The notes under the pieces: model-generated
Told to the model about the DNA's origin: nothing
Seen by the model: only the letters and a program-made list of their open reading frames with translations
Databases searched by the model: none
Program-made: the position numbers and the translations under genes
In this document: positions 1-10,140 of the stretch, piece after piece
Layout of the letters: each line of letters opens with the position of its first letter
Position numbering within the stretch: position 1 is the first letter of the stretch
DNA from: Alphaproteobacteria bacterium
GTDB taxonomy: Bacteria; Pseudomonadota; Alphaproteobacteria; SP197
Length of the DNA stretch: 64,000 nucleotides
NCBI GenBank assembly: GCA_965200745.1
Contig: CBDAUZ010000002.1
Location: 287,847 to 351,846, forward strand
Direction: 5' to 3'

Positions 1-1661
1 AACCCGGATCCGAAATAGCCCGAACCTATGCCAGAGGCACGCTGGACGGCCTGATCCTCCAGACGGCTCAAGCCGAACTGGCTGACAAATTGGGAATTTC
101 TGTCGGTGAAGACACGCTTCGCAATGAAATTGCCAGGGATCAGGTGTTCACAAACGCATCCGGCGCGTTCGACAGTGCCGTGTTTGCACACTTTCTGACA
201 ACCAACGGAATTACCGAAGAGCGCTATCTGGCTTTTCTCGACGAACAGATCACCAATGTACAACTGGTCGACAGTATTTCATCAGCACCGCTGGCACCCG
301 ACATCCTGGTCAATACGCTCTACCGCTATCGACAGGAAACACGAACGGTCGAGATTGCTGTTCTTGAAAATGAGACGTTGTCAACTCTTCCGCAACCAGA
401 TGTCGGCGAACTCGATGCCTGGTTTGAAGAGCGAAGAGAAAACTATCGTCGACCGGAGTACCGATCAGTTGATTTCCTGTTGGTCTATCCGGAGGACATC
501 GCGGATGCGATCGAGATTGACGATGCGGTGATTCGGCAAGACTACGAAAGCAATCTGGACCGGTGGACTGAACCCGAAGAACGACTTGTCCGGAACATCG
601 TCTTTGACACGCAGGAAGAGGCGTCAGCGGCGCTGGATGCTCTGGAAGCTGGCGCGGACTTTGGCGAGATTTCATCAGGCGCAGACGTCATCAGCGCAAG
701 CGAACCCGAATGGATAACCCGCGAAACGCTGTTCGAAGAGATTGCCGCGCCGGTTTTCAACACGGAATCCGGCAAAATCGCTGGTCCTATCGAATCAACC
801 TTTGGCGGCTGGCTGATTTACCGGATCGACGAGATCAAACCACACAAGGACACGACATTCGACGAAGCACGCGAGACGATTACCGCCGCACTCCAACTTC
901 GTGAAGCACAGGGCGAAATGTACCGTCTGGCAAACAGTATCGATGATCTGATTGCGTCCGGTGCAACCGTCGAAGAAACGGCGTACGAACTGGGCCTCGA
1001 TCGCGGCATTCTTCTGGAAATTTCATCTTCGGGGCAATCCTCGGATATCAACGCTCTGCAGGTCATTCCGTCGGTGCCGGAGTTTCTCGGTGAAGTGTTC
1101 CGGTCGGAGCTCGACTTTCCTTCACCTGTCATCGAGGTTGGCGACGGCGGTGTGCTGGTTGTCGAGGTCACGGACATCGTTCCAAGCCGCCTGCATGAAC
1201 TCGACGAGGTACGCGACAGAGTCCGTGACGATTGGCAACAGGTACGAATCAGCGAAGACGCCCTTGCCGCCGCCGAGGGTATCGCTGCGGGAGCAAGTGC
1301 ACTCGACAACCTTGATGAGGTTTTCGGAGTCGAAGCCGGAACGTTCATGACATCGGAGCCATTCACGAGATCTGGCGATACTGGAGTCAACAATGTCGGC
1401 CGGGACGTGACCAGTGAGATTTTCGAAAAACGGTCATCCGAGTTTGTCATAGCCGCTTCAAACGACAGCAATGCCGTTGTCGTGGCGCGAGTCTTCACCA
1501 TCACGCCTGGTAACCCGCTCGATGGTGATGATGCGCACGATTCACTGTCAGATCAGCTTGCAGACGGCATACGCGCGGATATTCGTCAGGTCGGCAGTGA
1601 CGTTGCCCGCAACGCCGTGTCGGTTTCGATCAACCAAGACCTCATCGAACAGTACTTCTGA
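1..1661 (+). CDS. ppiD: Periplasmic chaperone / peptidyl-prolyl cis-trans isomerase D-like (SurA/PpiD family). 5' partial, continues upstream of the window.
   Basis: Long frame open to window edge. C-terminal PpiD-like sequence. Conserved position immediately upstream of trpE in alphaproteobacteria. Confidence 0.6.
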   Translation, partial: PGSEIARTYARGTLDGLILQTAQAELADKLGISVGEDTLRNEIARDQVFTNASGAFDSAVFAHFLTTNGITEERYLAFLDEQITNVQLVDSISSAPLAPDILVNTLYRYRQETRTVEIAVLENETLSTLPQPDVGELDAWFEERRENYRRPEYRSVDFLLVYPEDIADAIEIDDAVIRQDYESNLDRWTEPEERLVRNIVFDTQEEASAALDALEAGADFGEISSGADVISASEPEWITRETLFEEIAAPVFNTESGKIAGPIESTFGGWLIYRIDEIKPHKDTTFDEARETITAALQLREAQGEMYRLANSIDDLIASGATVEETAYELGLDRGILLEISSSGQSSDINALQVIPSVPEFLGEVFRSELDFPSPVIEVGDGGVLVVEVTDIVPSRLHELDEVRDRVRDDWQQVRISEDALAAAEGIAAGASALDNLDEVFGVEAGTFMTSEPFTRSGDTGVNNVGRDVTSEIFEKRSSEFVIAASNDSNAVVVARVFTITPGNPLDGDDAHDSLSDQLADGIRADIRQVGSDVARNAVSVSINQDLIEQYF

Positions 1662-1662
1662 C

Positions 1663-3198
1663 ATGCCCGTGTTCAGCCCGGACTTCGCGGCGTTTGAAAG
1701 AACCTACAACCAGGGCAAGCCTCAAGTCGTCTGGACACGTCAGGTCGCCGACCTCGACACACCAGTTTCCGCATTTCTGAAAATTGCCGGCGCAAGACCC
1801 GACACCTTTCTCCTGGAATCGGTCGAAGGCGGCGAGACGCTGGGACGATACTCGATTATCGGCCTCAAACCGGACCTGGTCTGGCGTTGTTCCGGAACGC
1901 ACGCTGAGATCAACACCCGTGCACGCTACGATCCCGACGCATTCGAGCCGGACAACCTGGCGCCTGTTGAATCAATGAAACGCCTCATACGGAAGTGCCA
2001 TATCGAGATCCCCGAACATCTTCCGCCCATGGCATCCGCCCTCGTCGGCTATGTCGGATACGAGATGGTGCGCCTGATCGAAAACCTGCCAACCGACAAC
2101 GAGCTGACAATTCCGGTTCCTGACGGTCTGCTTGTCCGGCCGACTATCATGAGCATCTTCGACAATGTCGCGAACGAGGTCACGATCGTAACGCCGGTCT
2201 GGCATTCACCGGACGTTGGCGCGCACGCCGCATATGCAATGGCCTGCGAACGCCTGTCGGACGTAATTGCTGATTTCGAGCGCCTGCTGCCACACGAAAC
2301 CGGGATGGCGGAACCTGGATCCCTGTCTGAAACGTCCTCGAATACGCCGCACGAACGGTTTCTTGAAATCGTCGAGAAAACCAGGGAGTACATCTGCGCA
2401 GGCGACGCGTTTCAGGTTGTACTTTCACAACGTTTCGATGTGCCGTTTCGTCCGTCGCCATTCGCCTATTATCGCGCATTGCGCAGGATCAATCCGTCAC
2501 CATTTCTTGTCTTTCTCCAGTTCAGGGATTTTTCCATTGTCGCCTCGAGCCCCGAGATACTTGTACGCGTGCGTGACGGCCGGGTCACAATTCGGCCACT
2601 GGCGGGTACACGCCGACGCGGCGACAACAAGGCACACGACCAGGCGCTGCGCGAAGAATTGCTGGCAGACCCCAAGGAGCGTGCAGAACACCTCATGCTC
2701 CTCGATCTGGGCCGCAACGATGTCGGCCGTATAGCGGAGATCGGAAGTGTCGAGGTAACAGATAGTTTCGCGATCGAAAATTACAGTCATGTCATGCATA
2801 TAAGTTCGAACGTTGAAGGAATACTGCAGTCCGACAAGGATGCGGTCGACGCACTGTTTGCCGGATTTCCCGCGGGCACAGTCAGTGGCGCACCCAAGGT
2901 CCGCGCGATGGAGATCATTGACGAGCTCGAAACCGAAAGGCGCGGTGTTTACGGCGGCGCCATCGGCTACTTCTCTGCCAATGGATCAATGGACAGCTGC
3001 ATAGCCCTCAGAACCGCGATTATTCGCGACGGCACGTTGCATGTTCAGGCGGGCGCCGGAATTGTTGCGGACAGCGTTCCGGAACTGGAACATGAAGAGT
3101 GTGTCAACAAGGCACGTGCATTGATTCGTGCAGCCGATGAAGCCATGCGTTTTACCGCCAGATCAGGCGCAAACTGGCCAGGTTCGTCCCTGTCATGA
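1663..3198 (+). CDS. trpE: Anthranilate synthase component I
   Basis: Motifs LLESVEGGETLGRYSIIGL and the chorismate-binding C-terminus. ATG at 1663 lies 2 nt after the upstream stop. The ORF track start at 1471 is an in-frame upstream extension. Confidence 0.9.
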   Translation: MPVFSPDFAAFERTYNQGKPQVVWTRQVADLDTPVSAFLKIAGARPDTFLLESVEGGETLGRYSIIGLKPDLVWRCSGTHAEINTRARYDPDAFEPDNLAPVESMKRLIRKCHIEIPEHLPPMASALVGYVGYEMVRLIENLPTDNELTIPVPDGLLVRPTIMSIFDNVANEVTIVTPVWHSPDVGAHAAYAMACERLSDVIADFERLLPHETGMAEPGSLSETSSNTPHERFLEIVEKTREYICAGDAFQVVLSQRFDVPFRPSPFAYYRALRRINPSPFLVFLQFRDFSIVASSPEILVRVRDGRVTIRPLAGTRRRGDNKAHDQALREELLADPKERAEHLMLLDLGRNDVGRIAEIGSVEVTDSFAIENYSHVMHISSNVEGILQSDKDAVDALFAGFPAGTVSGAPKVRAMEIIDELETERRGVYGGAIGYFSANGSMDSCIALRTAIIRDGTLHVQAGAGIVADSVPELEHEECVNKARALIRAADEAMRFTARSGANWPGSSLS

Positions 3199-3258
3199 TT
3201 GGTGACGAACACCACACGCGCAGTGATCCTGCGACCTGCACGGTCATCGGATAACGTC

Positions 3259-3843
3259 ATGCTGGTTCTGATCGATAACTACGACAGCTTTACCTACAAT
3301 CTCTGGCACTATCTCGGTGAACTCGGTGCGACCACCGAAGTCTATCGAAACGACGCCGTGAGTGTTGATGATGTTGTTCGAAAAAATCCGGAAGGCGTCG
3401 TGCTCTCACCTGGACCGTGTGATCCCGATCGCGCAGGAATTTGTCTCGACCTTGTCAAACGATGTGCCGCCGACAGGATACCGTTGCTGGGCGTGTGTCT
3501 GGGACATCAGGCGATCGGTCAGGCCATGGGCGGTGTGATCACGCGGGCACCGGCACCGATGCACGGGAAGCTTTCACAGGTCTCGCACGACGGAACGGGC
3601 ATTCTTGCCAATGTCCCGACACCATTTCGAGCAACACGATATCACTCACTTGTCGTATCGCGTGACGCGATTCCTGATTGCCTTGCAGTGAATGCGCAAA
3701 CCCCGGACGGAATCATCATGGGCGTTCGCCATCGTGATCTGCCGATTCATGGCGTTCAGTTTCATCCCGAGAGTATTGAATCAGAACATGGGCATGCCAT
3801 GTTGCGAAACTTTCTCGAATCCGGAGAGAAGTCATCCTCATGA
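3259..3843 (+). CDS. trpG: Anthranilate synthase component II (glutamine amidotransferase)
   Basis: MLVLIDNYDSFTYNL start, catalytic GVCLGHQ motif and the HG dyad. Alternative TTG/GTG starts at 3199/3202 are possible. Confidence 0.88.
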   Translation: MLVLIDNYDSFTYNLWHYLGELGATTEVYRNDAVSVDDVVRKNPEGVVLSPGPCDPDRAGICLDLVKRCAADRIPLLGVCLGHQAIGQAMGGVITRAPAPMHGKLSQVSHDGTGILANVPTPFRATRYHSLVVSRDAIPDCLAVNAQTPDGIIMGVRHRDLPIHGVQFHPESIESEHGHAMLRNFLESGEKSSS

Positions 3844-4865
3844 CGGCAGACGATCTTCGACCCTATCTCAAATCAATTCATGACGGCCGCCTGCTGTCTA
3901 CCGATGAAGCTGCCGACGCCTTCGGTGTCATCATGTCCGGAAGGGCAACGCCATCTCAAATCGGTGCATTTCTGATGGGACTTGCGGTTCGCGGCGAAAC
4001 CGTCGACGAAGTTACAGGCGCTGCACAGGCGATGCGTGGGTACATGAATCCCATGTCGGCACCGGCAGGTGCAATGGACGTCGTCGGCACGGGTGGCGAC
4101 GGAAAGAAAACACTGAATGTCTCGACAGCAACCGCCATCGTCGTGGCGGGTTGCGGCGTCACGATTGCCAAACATGGTAATCGCGCAGCGTCATCCCAAT
4201 CCGGTGCGGCAGATGTGTTATCCATGTCAGGTGTCAATCTGGACGCGGACCCGACAGTTGTGCAGAGAGCGATCAACGAGATCGGGCTGGGTTTCATGCT
4301 GGCACCGCTCTACCACAGCGCCATGCGGCATGTGATGCCAACACGCGTGGAGTTGGGTACCCGGACCATTTTCAATCTGCTGGGACCATTGGCCAATCCG
4401 GCGCAGGTCACCCGTTATCTCCTTGGTGTCTTTTCGGCTGACTGGGTTGAACCGATTGCACGTGCGCTCGCCAAAATCGGGTGCGAGAAGGCCTGGATTG
4501 TTCACAGTGGCGATGGTTGCGATGAACTGACACTCTCGACGGAGAACATGGTAGCCGTCGTGGACGGAACATCCGTCGCAATGCAAACGGTCAGTGCCGC
4601 GGATGCGGGCCTCGACAGTCGTGAACTTCAGGAAATCGCCGGCGGCGAACCAGCGCAGAATGCCATGGCGCTGAAATCACTTCTCGACGGCGCACACGGT
4701 GCCTATCGTGACACGGTACTTCTGAATTCTGCTGCTGCACTTGTCGTTGCCGACAGGGTACGGGACCTCAAGGGTGGCGTTGAATTGGCGCACAGATCCA
4801 TCGACAGCGGTGCGGCCAGAAACAAGCTCGAAAAGCTTGCCGCATTGACGTCCGGGCGGAATTGA
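3840..4865 (+). CDS. trpD: Anthranilate phosphoribosyltransferase
   Basis: GTGGDG motif, typical TrpD N-terminus, ATGA overlap with trpG stop. Confidence 0.92.
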   Translation: MTADDLRPYLKSIHDGRLLSTDEAADAFGVIMSGRATPSQIGAFLMGLAVRGETVDEVTGAAQAMRGYMNPMSAPAGAMDVVGTGGDGKKTLNVSTATAIVVAGCGVTIAKHGNRAASSQSGAADVLSMSGVNLDADPTVVQRAINEIGLGFMLAPLYHSAMRHVMPTRVELGTRTIFNLLGPLANPAQVTRYLLGVFSADWVEPIARALAKIGCEKAWIVHSGDGCDELTLSTENMVAVVDGTSVAMQTVSAADAGLDSRELQEIAGGEPAQNAMALKSLLDGAHGAYRDTVLLNSAAALVVADRVRDLKGGVELAHRSIDSGAARNKLEKLAALTSGRN

Positions 4866-4869
4866 GACC

Positions 4870-5679
4870 TTGCCCGATATTCTCGCGGAAATCTGCGAGA
4901 CAAAGCGCGCCCATGTCACACAGCGAAAGAAAACCTGTTCGCTTGGCGAGCTGGAAAGTACCGCAAGATCTCTCGCAAAACCGACGAGCTTCTCCGATGC
5001 CCTGTCTCACGCGGCAGCAGAAGGCACGGCGCTCATTGCGGAGATCAAGAAGGCTTCTCCAAGTGCGGGCCTGATCAGACCGGACTTTGATCCTGCGCAC
5101 CTGGCCCGTGCATATCGCGATGGAGGAGCGGCGTGCGTCTCCGTCCTGACGGACGAACCATACTTCCAGGGTCACGACTCGTTCATTCGGGTCGCTAATT
5201 CGGCATCGGGATTGCCCTGTCTCAGGAAGGACTTCTTGGTGGATCCCTATCAGATTGTCGAAGCCCGCGCTCTCGGCGCTGCCGCCGTGCTTGTCATCAT
5301 GGCGGCTGTCGACGACACGCTTGCCGCTGAACTGACCGAAACTGCACAAGCATTTGATCTCGAAAGCGTTGTCGAGGTCCATGATGGTCACGAACTCGAC
5401 CGAGCGCTTCGCATCGGCGGTGACCTCATCGGTATCAATAACCGAAATCTCAAGACGCTGAAAGTCGATCTTTCAACGACCTTGTCACTCGCTCCTCGAG
5501 TCCCTGAAGGCCTGGACGTTATCTGTGAAAGCGGAATTCGAACACACAACGATATTCTACGCTTTGAGGCGCACGGTATCCGGCGTTTTCTTGTTGGTGA
5601 ACATCTCATGCGCCAGAAGGATGTTACTGCGGCAACTCGGCTGCTATTGGGTTCAACAGACACCGTCCAGACGGGTTAG
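4870..5679 (+). CDS. trpC: Indole-3-glycerol phosphate synthase
   Basis: ILAEI...KKASPS...VLTDEPYFQG IGPS signature. Probable TTG start at 4870. Confidence 0.9.
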   Translation: MPDILAEICETKRAHVTQRKKTCSLGELESTARSLAKPTSFSDALSHAAAEGTALIAEIKKASPSAGLIRPDFDPAHLARAYRDGGAACVSVLTDEPYFQGHDSFIRVANSASGLPCLRKDFLVDPYQIVEARALGAAAVLVIMAAVDDTLAAELTETAQAFDLESVVEVHDGHELDRALRIGGDLIGINNRNLKTLKVDLSTTLSLAPRVPEGLDVICESGIRTHNDILRFEAHGIRRFLVGEHLMRQKDVTAATRLLLGSTDTVQTG

Positions 5680-6440
5680 CCCGAGAATGAATCACGGTTG
5701 CGCCGCTCTTGCGCACCGACTCCCACCAGCTGCGCGGGTGGAACCGGTCGAGCATGATCAGAGATCCGTCCATGGTCATCATCGCGGTGGCCGCGACGGC
5801 CATGGCATTCTTATGAATGGCCGGCAGCGGTGTCAGCATCCGCTCACAGTCGCGGCGCAAACTGATGTAGCCACCCGTTTGGGCAAACCAGTCACCGGAA
5901 TGCAGATAGTATTCGTCGGACAGGATGCAGCCCTTGGGCCGTCCCGTCGTTCCAGAGGTGTAGAGGAGGCGCATTCGGTTGCACTGTCGGGACGGGCCTC
6001 AACTTGCGGCGCAGGATTGATCGCCCGTGGCAAGTCCTCTTCGGCAGTAATCACACGAACTGTCAGCATGGCGTTCGTGATCGCTGGTTTCATCTCGGCG
6101 ATACGATCAGGGAGGTAAGATGGCCATAATCATCTCGGAATGTTCGGCCAGATATTCCAGTCGTTGATCGGGACAACCGACGCACCGAGTGCGTTCAACG
6201 CCAGCCAGAGTTCCAGAAAAACCGGCCTGTTCTGCAACAGCAAGCCTGCCCTTTGGTCAGCGCCATAGCCCGCACACTGAAACCGCTGGCGTCAGTGTTC
6301 AACACGGGCGGCCATGTCTGCATAGGTTATGTCACCCGCCGGTATTCCGTAGATTCCGGCTGTTTCGTCAAGTACGCGCAGAAAAGGCGCAGCGCGCTGC
6401 CGTTGTCGTAAAACGTCCGTAAACAGTCTCACGTGCCGCG
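5624..6440 (-). pseudogene. Decayed AMP-dependent synthetase/ligase (acyl-CoA synthetase) gene. The LYTSGTTGRPKG motif and the N-terminal substrate-binding region lie in different frames with an internal TGA.
   Basis: Minus-strand translation gives ...ADMAARVEH*RQRFQCAGYGADQRAGLLLQNRPVFLELWLALNALGASVVPIN and then, in another frame, LLYTSGTTGRPKG...DRFHP..WESVRKSGATV, ending prematurely. No single intact ORF. Confidence 0.7.
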
Positions 6441-6446
6441 GGCACT

Positions 6447-6920
6447 TCAGATGAACAGCTGTATGTTGCTGAAAGGCGCATCGAAATTTGTCAGGTCAAT
6501 GCGCTTGAGTTTGATCTTCAGAACGCCATCGACTTCGACCAATTCGTGTCCTGCCCAGCCCGAATATCGATCCAGCCGATCACCGCGTGTCTCGGTATAG
6601 AGGAACGAAGTGCGCAATTTGTAAACGTTGTCTTCTTCGCCCATTGAAACGATACGCGGCCGTTCCAGTAAATGGTGGCAGCGGCTCTTGGGTTTCTGAC
6701 TGAATGTTCGTTCACCGGACAACCGCTCAACCCTGACAGTAAGCAAAAACAAGTCTTCGTACATAAGTGACGGCTGAAGAACCGGATCCTCTTGCTGCCA
6801 CTCCAATGGCATCCAGTAACGTCCATCTTCGTGAAACAATGCGAGCCAGTCATCCCATTGCATCCTGTCCAGCGTTGCGGCTTCGTCGTAGACAAAGTCA
6901 ATCAGGTCTTCGCGTGTCAT
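6447..6920 (-). CDS. Aromatic ring-hydroxylating dioxygenase beta subunit
   Basis: SnoaL/NTF2-like beta-subunit sequence (MTREDLIDFVYDEAATLD...). ATGA overlap with the alpha-subunit stop at 6917-6920. Confidence 0.8.
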   Translation of the reverse strand: MTREDLIDFVYDEAATLDRMQWDDWLALFHEDGRYWMPLEWQQEDPVLQPSLMYEDLFLLTVRVERLSGERTFSQKPKSRCHHLLERPRIVSMGEEDNVYKLRTSFLYTETRGDRLDRYSGWAGHELVEVDGVLKIKLKRIDLTNFDAPFSNIQLFI

Positions 6921-8245
6921 TCGGCCGCCCCCATGTTCTGGGTCATGAACTTGCGCCAGGCATAGAACTGATTGCGGATCTGGCGTTCGGATGTGCCGTT
7001 GACGACCTCTGTTGCCTCTTCGGGTTCTTCTTCCTCCCACAAGCGACGCAGGTTGACCCATTCGTTTCCGTCTGAATGCAGGCCCTCCTGAGCACGTTCG
7101 TACATTTCAAGATCATCGTGACCGACAATCGACGTCGGCGCATTGATGAAGCGGTTGTACATGAGCCCGCGTTCATAGAGCTTGTCCGGCGCGTCTTTCA
7201 GCTTGAACACCCAGCTTTCCACCAGCGTCTTGTCGACACCGAGGGGGATGAAGTTGCGCAAGATACCGACCGCTCCCTTGACCATGATATTGGGAAAATA
7301 GATCGTGTTGTGGCGAACGTCCCCCAAAATGGCATGAGCCCGCTCTTCGCCGTAGGCTTCGACCATCTTTTCCAGATAGCCCCCTACGCCGTCATAGTCC
7401 TGGTGAATCGACCCGTACACGCCGGTATGCCCGTGTCCGTTTGGCCACACGCGAATTCCGGCCCCTTCATAGAACTCATACGGACTCATGAAGGGAGCGT
7501 AGAGTTGCACGGCCATCGGTGTTTCCGTGGACTTGTGTTTCTCACGCTCCCAGACGCGAACCGCCGTACCAGCCGAGCTTTCATGCGCCACCATCGGGTG
7601 GCAGGTATCGGTCTGGTTATCGATCAGCATTTTCCAGTTGCAGGTGTGCATGTACCGGATTGGCTGATTGACGACTTCCAGTTCACCAGCGGGAGACCGG
7701 TCCGCCATGTTATCGATTGTCGAGAGAGCATCACCAAAATACTCTTTAAAGCTCAAACCTTCCCTGGAAAGGCGGGCGAAGATCAAACCACGATAAACCT
7801 GCACATTCTCGACATGTGACAGACCCCTGGAAGCCTGATCATCACGAAATCCGGCACCATCGTATCCTTTCTTTAACGGGACGGTCAGAAGAGAGCCATC
7901 CGTCTCGAACATCCAGGCGTGATAGGGGCAACGGAAGAATTTTCCGGTGTTGCCGCATTGTTCGGACAGTAATTTTACCCCTCGATGCGGGCAGCGGTTG
8001 TACAGTACGTAAATCTGGTCATCACGGTGGCGCGAAACCAGGATTGGCTGTTTGCCAATTTTCGACGTGATGAAATCGCCGGTTTTTTTGAGCTGACTAT
8101 TGTGTCCGACATAAATCCAGGAGTTGGGAAACAATTGTTCCATTTCCAACTCGTAGATTTCCTGGTTCACATACACGTCCCGATGAACCGCGTAGCCCTT
8201 GACCAGATCGGCAACGGCTCGGGGATTTCCGCGATAGCGAACCAT
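6917..8245 (-). CDS. Rieske [2Fe-2S] aromatic ring-hydroxylating dioxygenase alpha subunit
   Basis: Rieske motif CPHRG...CPYHAW, catalytic non-heme iron domain, AGGAGG RBS upstream of ATG at 8245. Confidence 0.88.
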   Translation of the reverse strand: MVRYRGNPRAVADLVKGYAVHRDVYVNQEIYELEMEQLFPNSWIYVGHNSQLKKTGDFITSKIGKQPILVSRHRDDQIYVLYNRCPHRGVKLLSEQCGNTGKFFRCPYHAWMFETDGSLLTVPLKKGYDGAGFRDDQASRGLSHVENVQVYRGLIFARLSREGLSFKEYFGDALSTIDNMADRSPAGELEVVNQPIRYMHTCNWKMLIDNQTDTCHPMVAHESSAGTAVRVWEREKHKSTETPMAVQLYAPFMSPYEFYEGAGIRVWPNGHGHTGVYGSIHQDYDGVGGYLEKMVEAYGEERAHAILGDVRHNTIYFPNIMVKGAVGILRNFIPLGVDKTLVESWVFKLKDAPDKLYERGLMYNRFINAPTSIVGHDDLEMYERAQEGLHSDGNEWVNLRRLWEEEEPEEATEVVNGTSERQIRNQFYAWRKFMTQNMGAAE

Positions 8246-8666
8246 GGTTTCCTCCTGTTTCCCAGTCAGGCGCCGACGACAAGCATTGGCAGTTTCGGAC
8301 GCGAATTGCGGGTCTGATTCCCGTCATCAATCAAAATTTTTCTTCCGGTCAGGAACCCGCACCGACAATCCGGCACCTTCGACTTCGACCGGATCCATGC
8401 AACCTGCCCGATTGTGTTGTGGTAAGCCGGTTTCCCATTGTCAGTACTTTCTGAACGGATTTCGTGACATCACGTCTGCCAATTTGGCGCCGGCACGAAT
8501 TTCATGCGTATTTTTTTCGACAAGAGCGTTCCGTATCCTGGCGCGTATGCATATAGCCCGAGAACGTTAGGCATCTGGAGGGTTGTGGCCACAGCCGCGA
8601 ATAGTATGGGGATCCCGCATTCGTTTTCGACTCTTTGAATCACTGCCCGTGATCGTATTTGAACGC

Positions 8667-8879
8667 AAGCCGAGAGAGTGCCGCTTCTTCATCGGTTCGT
8701 CCCAGCGCCGACGCTCGTCGCCGCGCACAAGACGCACGACGACTTCGGACAAAAACCAGCTTGTCGGGCAGGCAGAGCGTGGTCATGTCCCACCCGTAAC
8801 ACCGCCGAGAAGCAAAAGTCAGCCCTTTTTCGGCGCCTTCGAAAAACAGGCAACCTGCGATCAGCGTGAATCAGCCCTG
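8667..8879. repeat. Copy 1 of an about 210 bp dispersed direct repeat (about 90% identical to 21153-21357). Non-coding, contains a conserved 7-8 bp hairpin at 8825-8846.
   Basis: Direct alignment of the two copies. Indels break any common reading frame. Confidence 0.85.
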
Positions 8880-9051
8880 ATGGTAGGACACCCGCTTCGC
8901 ACCTTGCCTGCTCTATCAGGATATGCGACCGCAGCTATAGAAAGATTATCAAGAGGAGGACCGTGTCGGCTCGGTTGGCGACTCGGGCGAACCTTGACTC
9001 GACAAGCGCGGTCGCGGAAGGTGAATCCGCTGCGGCCAACATGGTGAGGAG

Positions 9052-10140
9052 ATGAATCTAGAACAGACGTTGAGAACGGTGACCACCCGCATTGCTTCGG
9101 GTGATCTAGCGAACGAGGCGCAGGTCAAACACGCCGTCGTATTGCCTGTCCTCCGCGAGTTGGGATGGGATGACAGTGATCCCAGCGTCCTCCGACCAGA
9201 GTATGCGTTAGATACCGGGTTTGTGGACTACGCGCTTCTGGACCGTGGTCGTCCGCTGATTTTCATTGAAGCCAAAAAGGTTGGGGCTTTGAGTGTGGCA
9301 GGCGAAGCGCAGCTCTTCTGGTACGCGACGAACAAGGGTGTACCTGTGCTCATCCTCACGGATGGGAATCTCTGGGACTTCTATCTCAGCATGGCGGCCG
9401 GCCCGCCGGATGAGCGCCGATTCTATCGAATGAATTTCGGGCTTGAACACAAACTTCCCGAGCACATGAATTTTCTTGAGGTGCATCTGCATAGGGAACG
9501 AGTAGTGTCAGGAGAGGCGAGAAAGAATTCCGAACAACTCCATGAAACTAATCGCAAGAAAGATCATGCGTACCGCATAATTACAACGTCCTGGAAGTTG
9601 CTATTGAGCGAACCCGATGAACTGCTCCGCGACTTGCTGATGGAAAAAGTTGAGAGTGAATGTGGGACACGACCGGAACAACAAGACATCGAAGAATTTC
9701 TGAAGGAGTACGCAAACGTGGTTGTCGAAACGCCCACCGCTCCTCGCGCAGTTCGTTCTCGAAAGAAGAGAGATGTGACTCCGGAACCGGCTGTAGGCCG
9801 GAGTGGGAAGTTGGTTGGATTCGTCTACAGGGGAGAAACCAACCATGTTGGAACGGCGATTGGCACCTTGGTTGCAGTTCTAACTGCACTCATGCAGGAT
9901 GACAGTGAATTTATTGAGAGGTTTTCTCACACAACTATCACAAGAGCTCGCAATTTGGTTGCGAAGGATCAGTCTAATCTCTATCGCGCCGCGCACCTTG
10001 CAGACATGGTGAAGAAATTGCCAAACGGGTGGTGGCTGGGATCCAATCTGAGCGAGGAACAAATTCGAAGATACATCGGGGTTGCGTGTGATGTGGCAGG
10101 GGTAAAGTTGGGTGTGCAATTGAAGCTGCTGGAAGAATAA
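9052..10140 (+). CDS. HsdR_N-type (type I restriction R-subunit N-terminal-like) PD-(D/E)XK nuclease domain protein with an uncharacterised C-terminal half
   Basis: N-terminus EAQVKHAVVLPVLRELGWD...VDYALLDRGRPLIFIEAKK matches the HSDR_N/HSDR_N_2 D...EXK core. GAGGAG RBS. GC about 52%, lower than the neighbours. Confidence 0.7.
   Translation: MNLEQTLRTVTTRIASGDLANEAQVKHAVVLPVLRELGWDDSDPSVLRPEYALDTGFVDYALLDRGRPLIFIEAKKVGALSVAGEAQLFWYATNKGVPVLILTDGNLWDFYLSMAAGPPDERRFYRMNFGLEHKLPEHMNFLEVHLHRERVVSGEARKNSEQLHETNRKKDHAYRIITTSWKLLLSEPDELLRDLLMEKVESECGTRPEQQDIEEFLKEYANVVVETPTAPRAVRSRKKRDVTPEPAVGRSGKLVGFVYRGETNHVGTAIGTLVAVLTALMQDDSEFIERFSHTTITRARNLVAKDQSNLYRAAHLADMVKKLPNGWWLGSNLSEEQIRRYIGVACDVAGVKLGVQLKLLEE

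Noticed and set aside
256-4586. Numerous 60-230 aa ORFs antisense to or out of frame with ppiD and trpEGDC (for example 818..1504 minus, 2267..2734 plus, 4227..4586 minus)
   Set aside because: All are embedded in well-supported genes. Compositionally biased (Arg/Ser/Ala/Pro) shadow ORFs.
5525-6118. 197 aa plus-strand ORF overlapping the trpC 3' end and the acyl-CoA synthetase pseudogene
   Set aside because: Antisense to clear protein-coding signal on the other strand. Noise typical of high-GC DNA.
8583-9047. 154 aa plus-strand ORF (and minus ORF 8567..8752 containing MKKRHSLG) spanning repeat copy 1
   Set aside because: The homologous copy at 21153-21357 differs by frame-breaking indels, so the conserved element is not protein-coding. 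The peptide is Arg/Ser/Pro-rich low-complexity typical of GC-rich noise.
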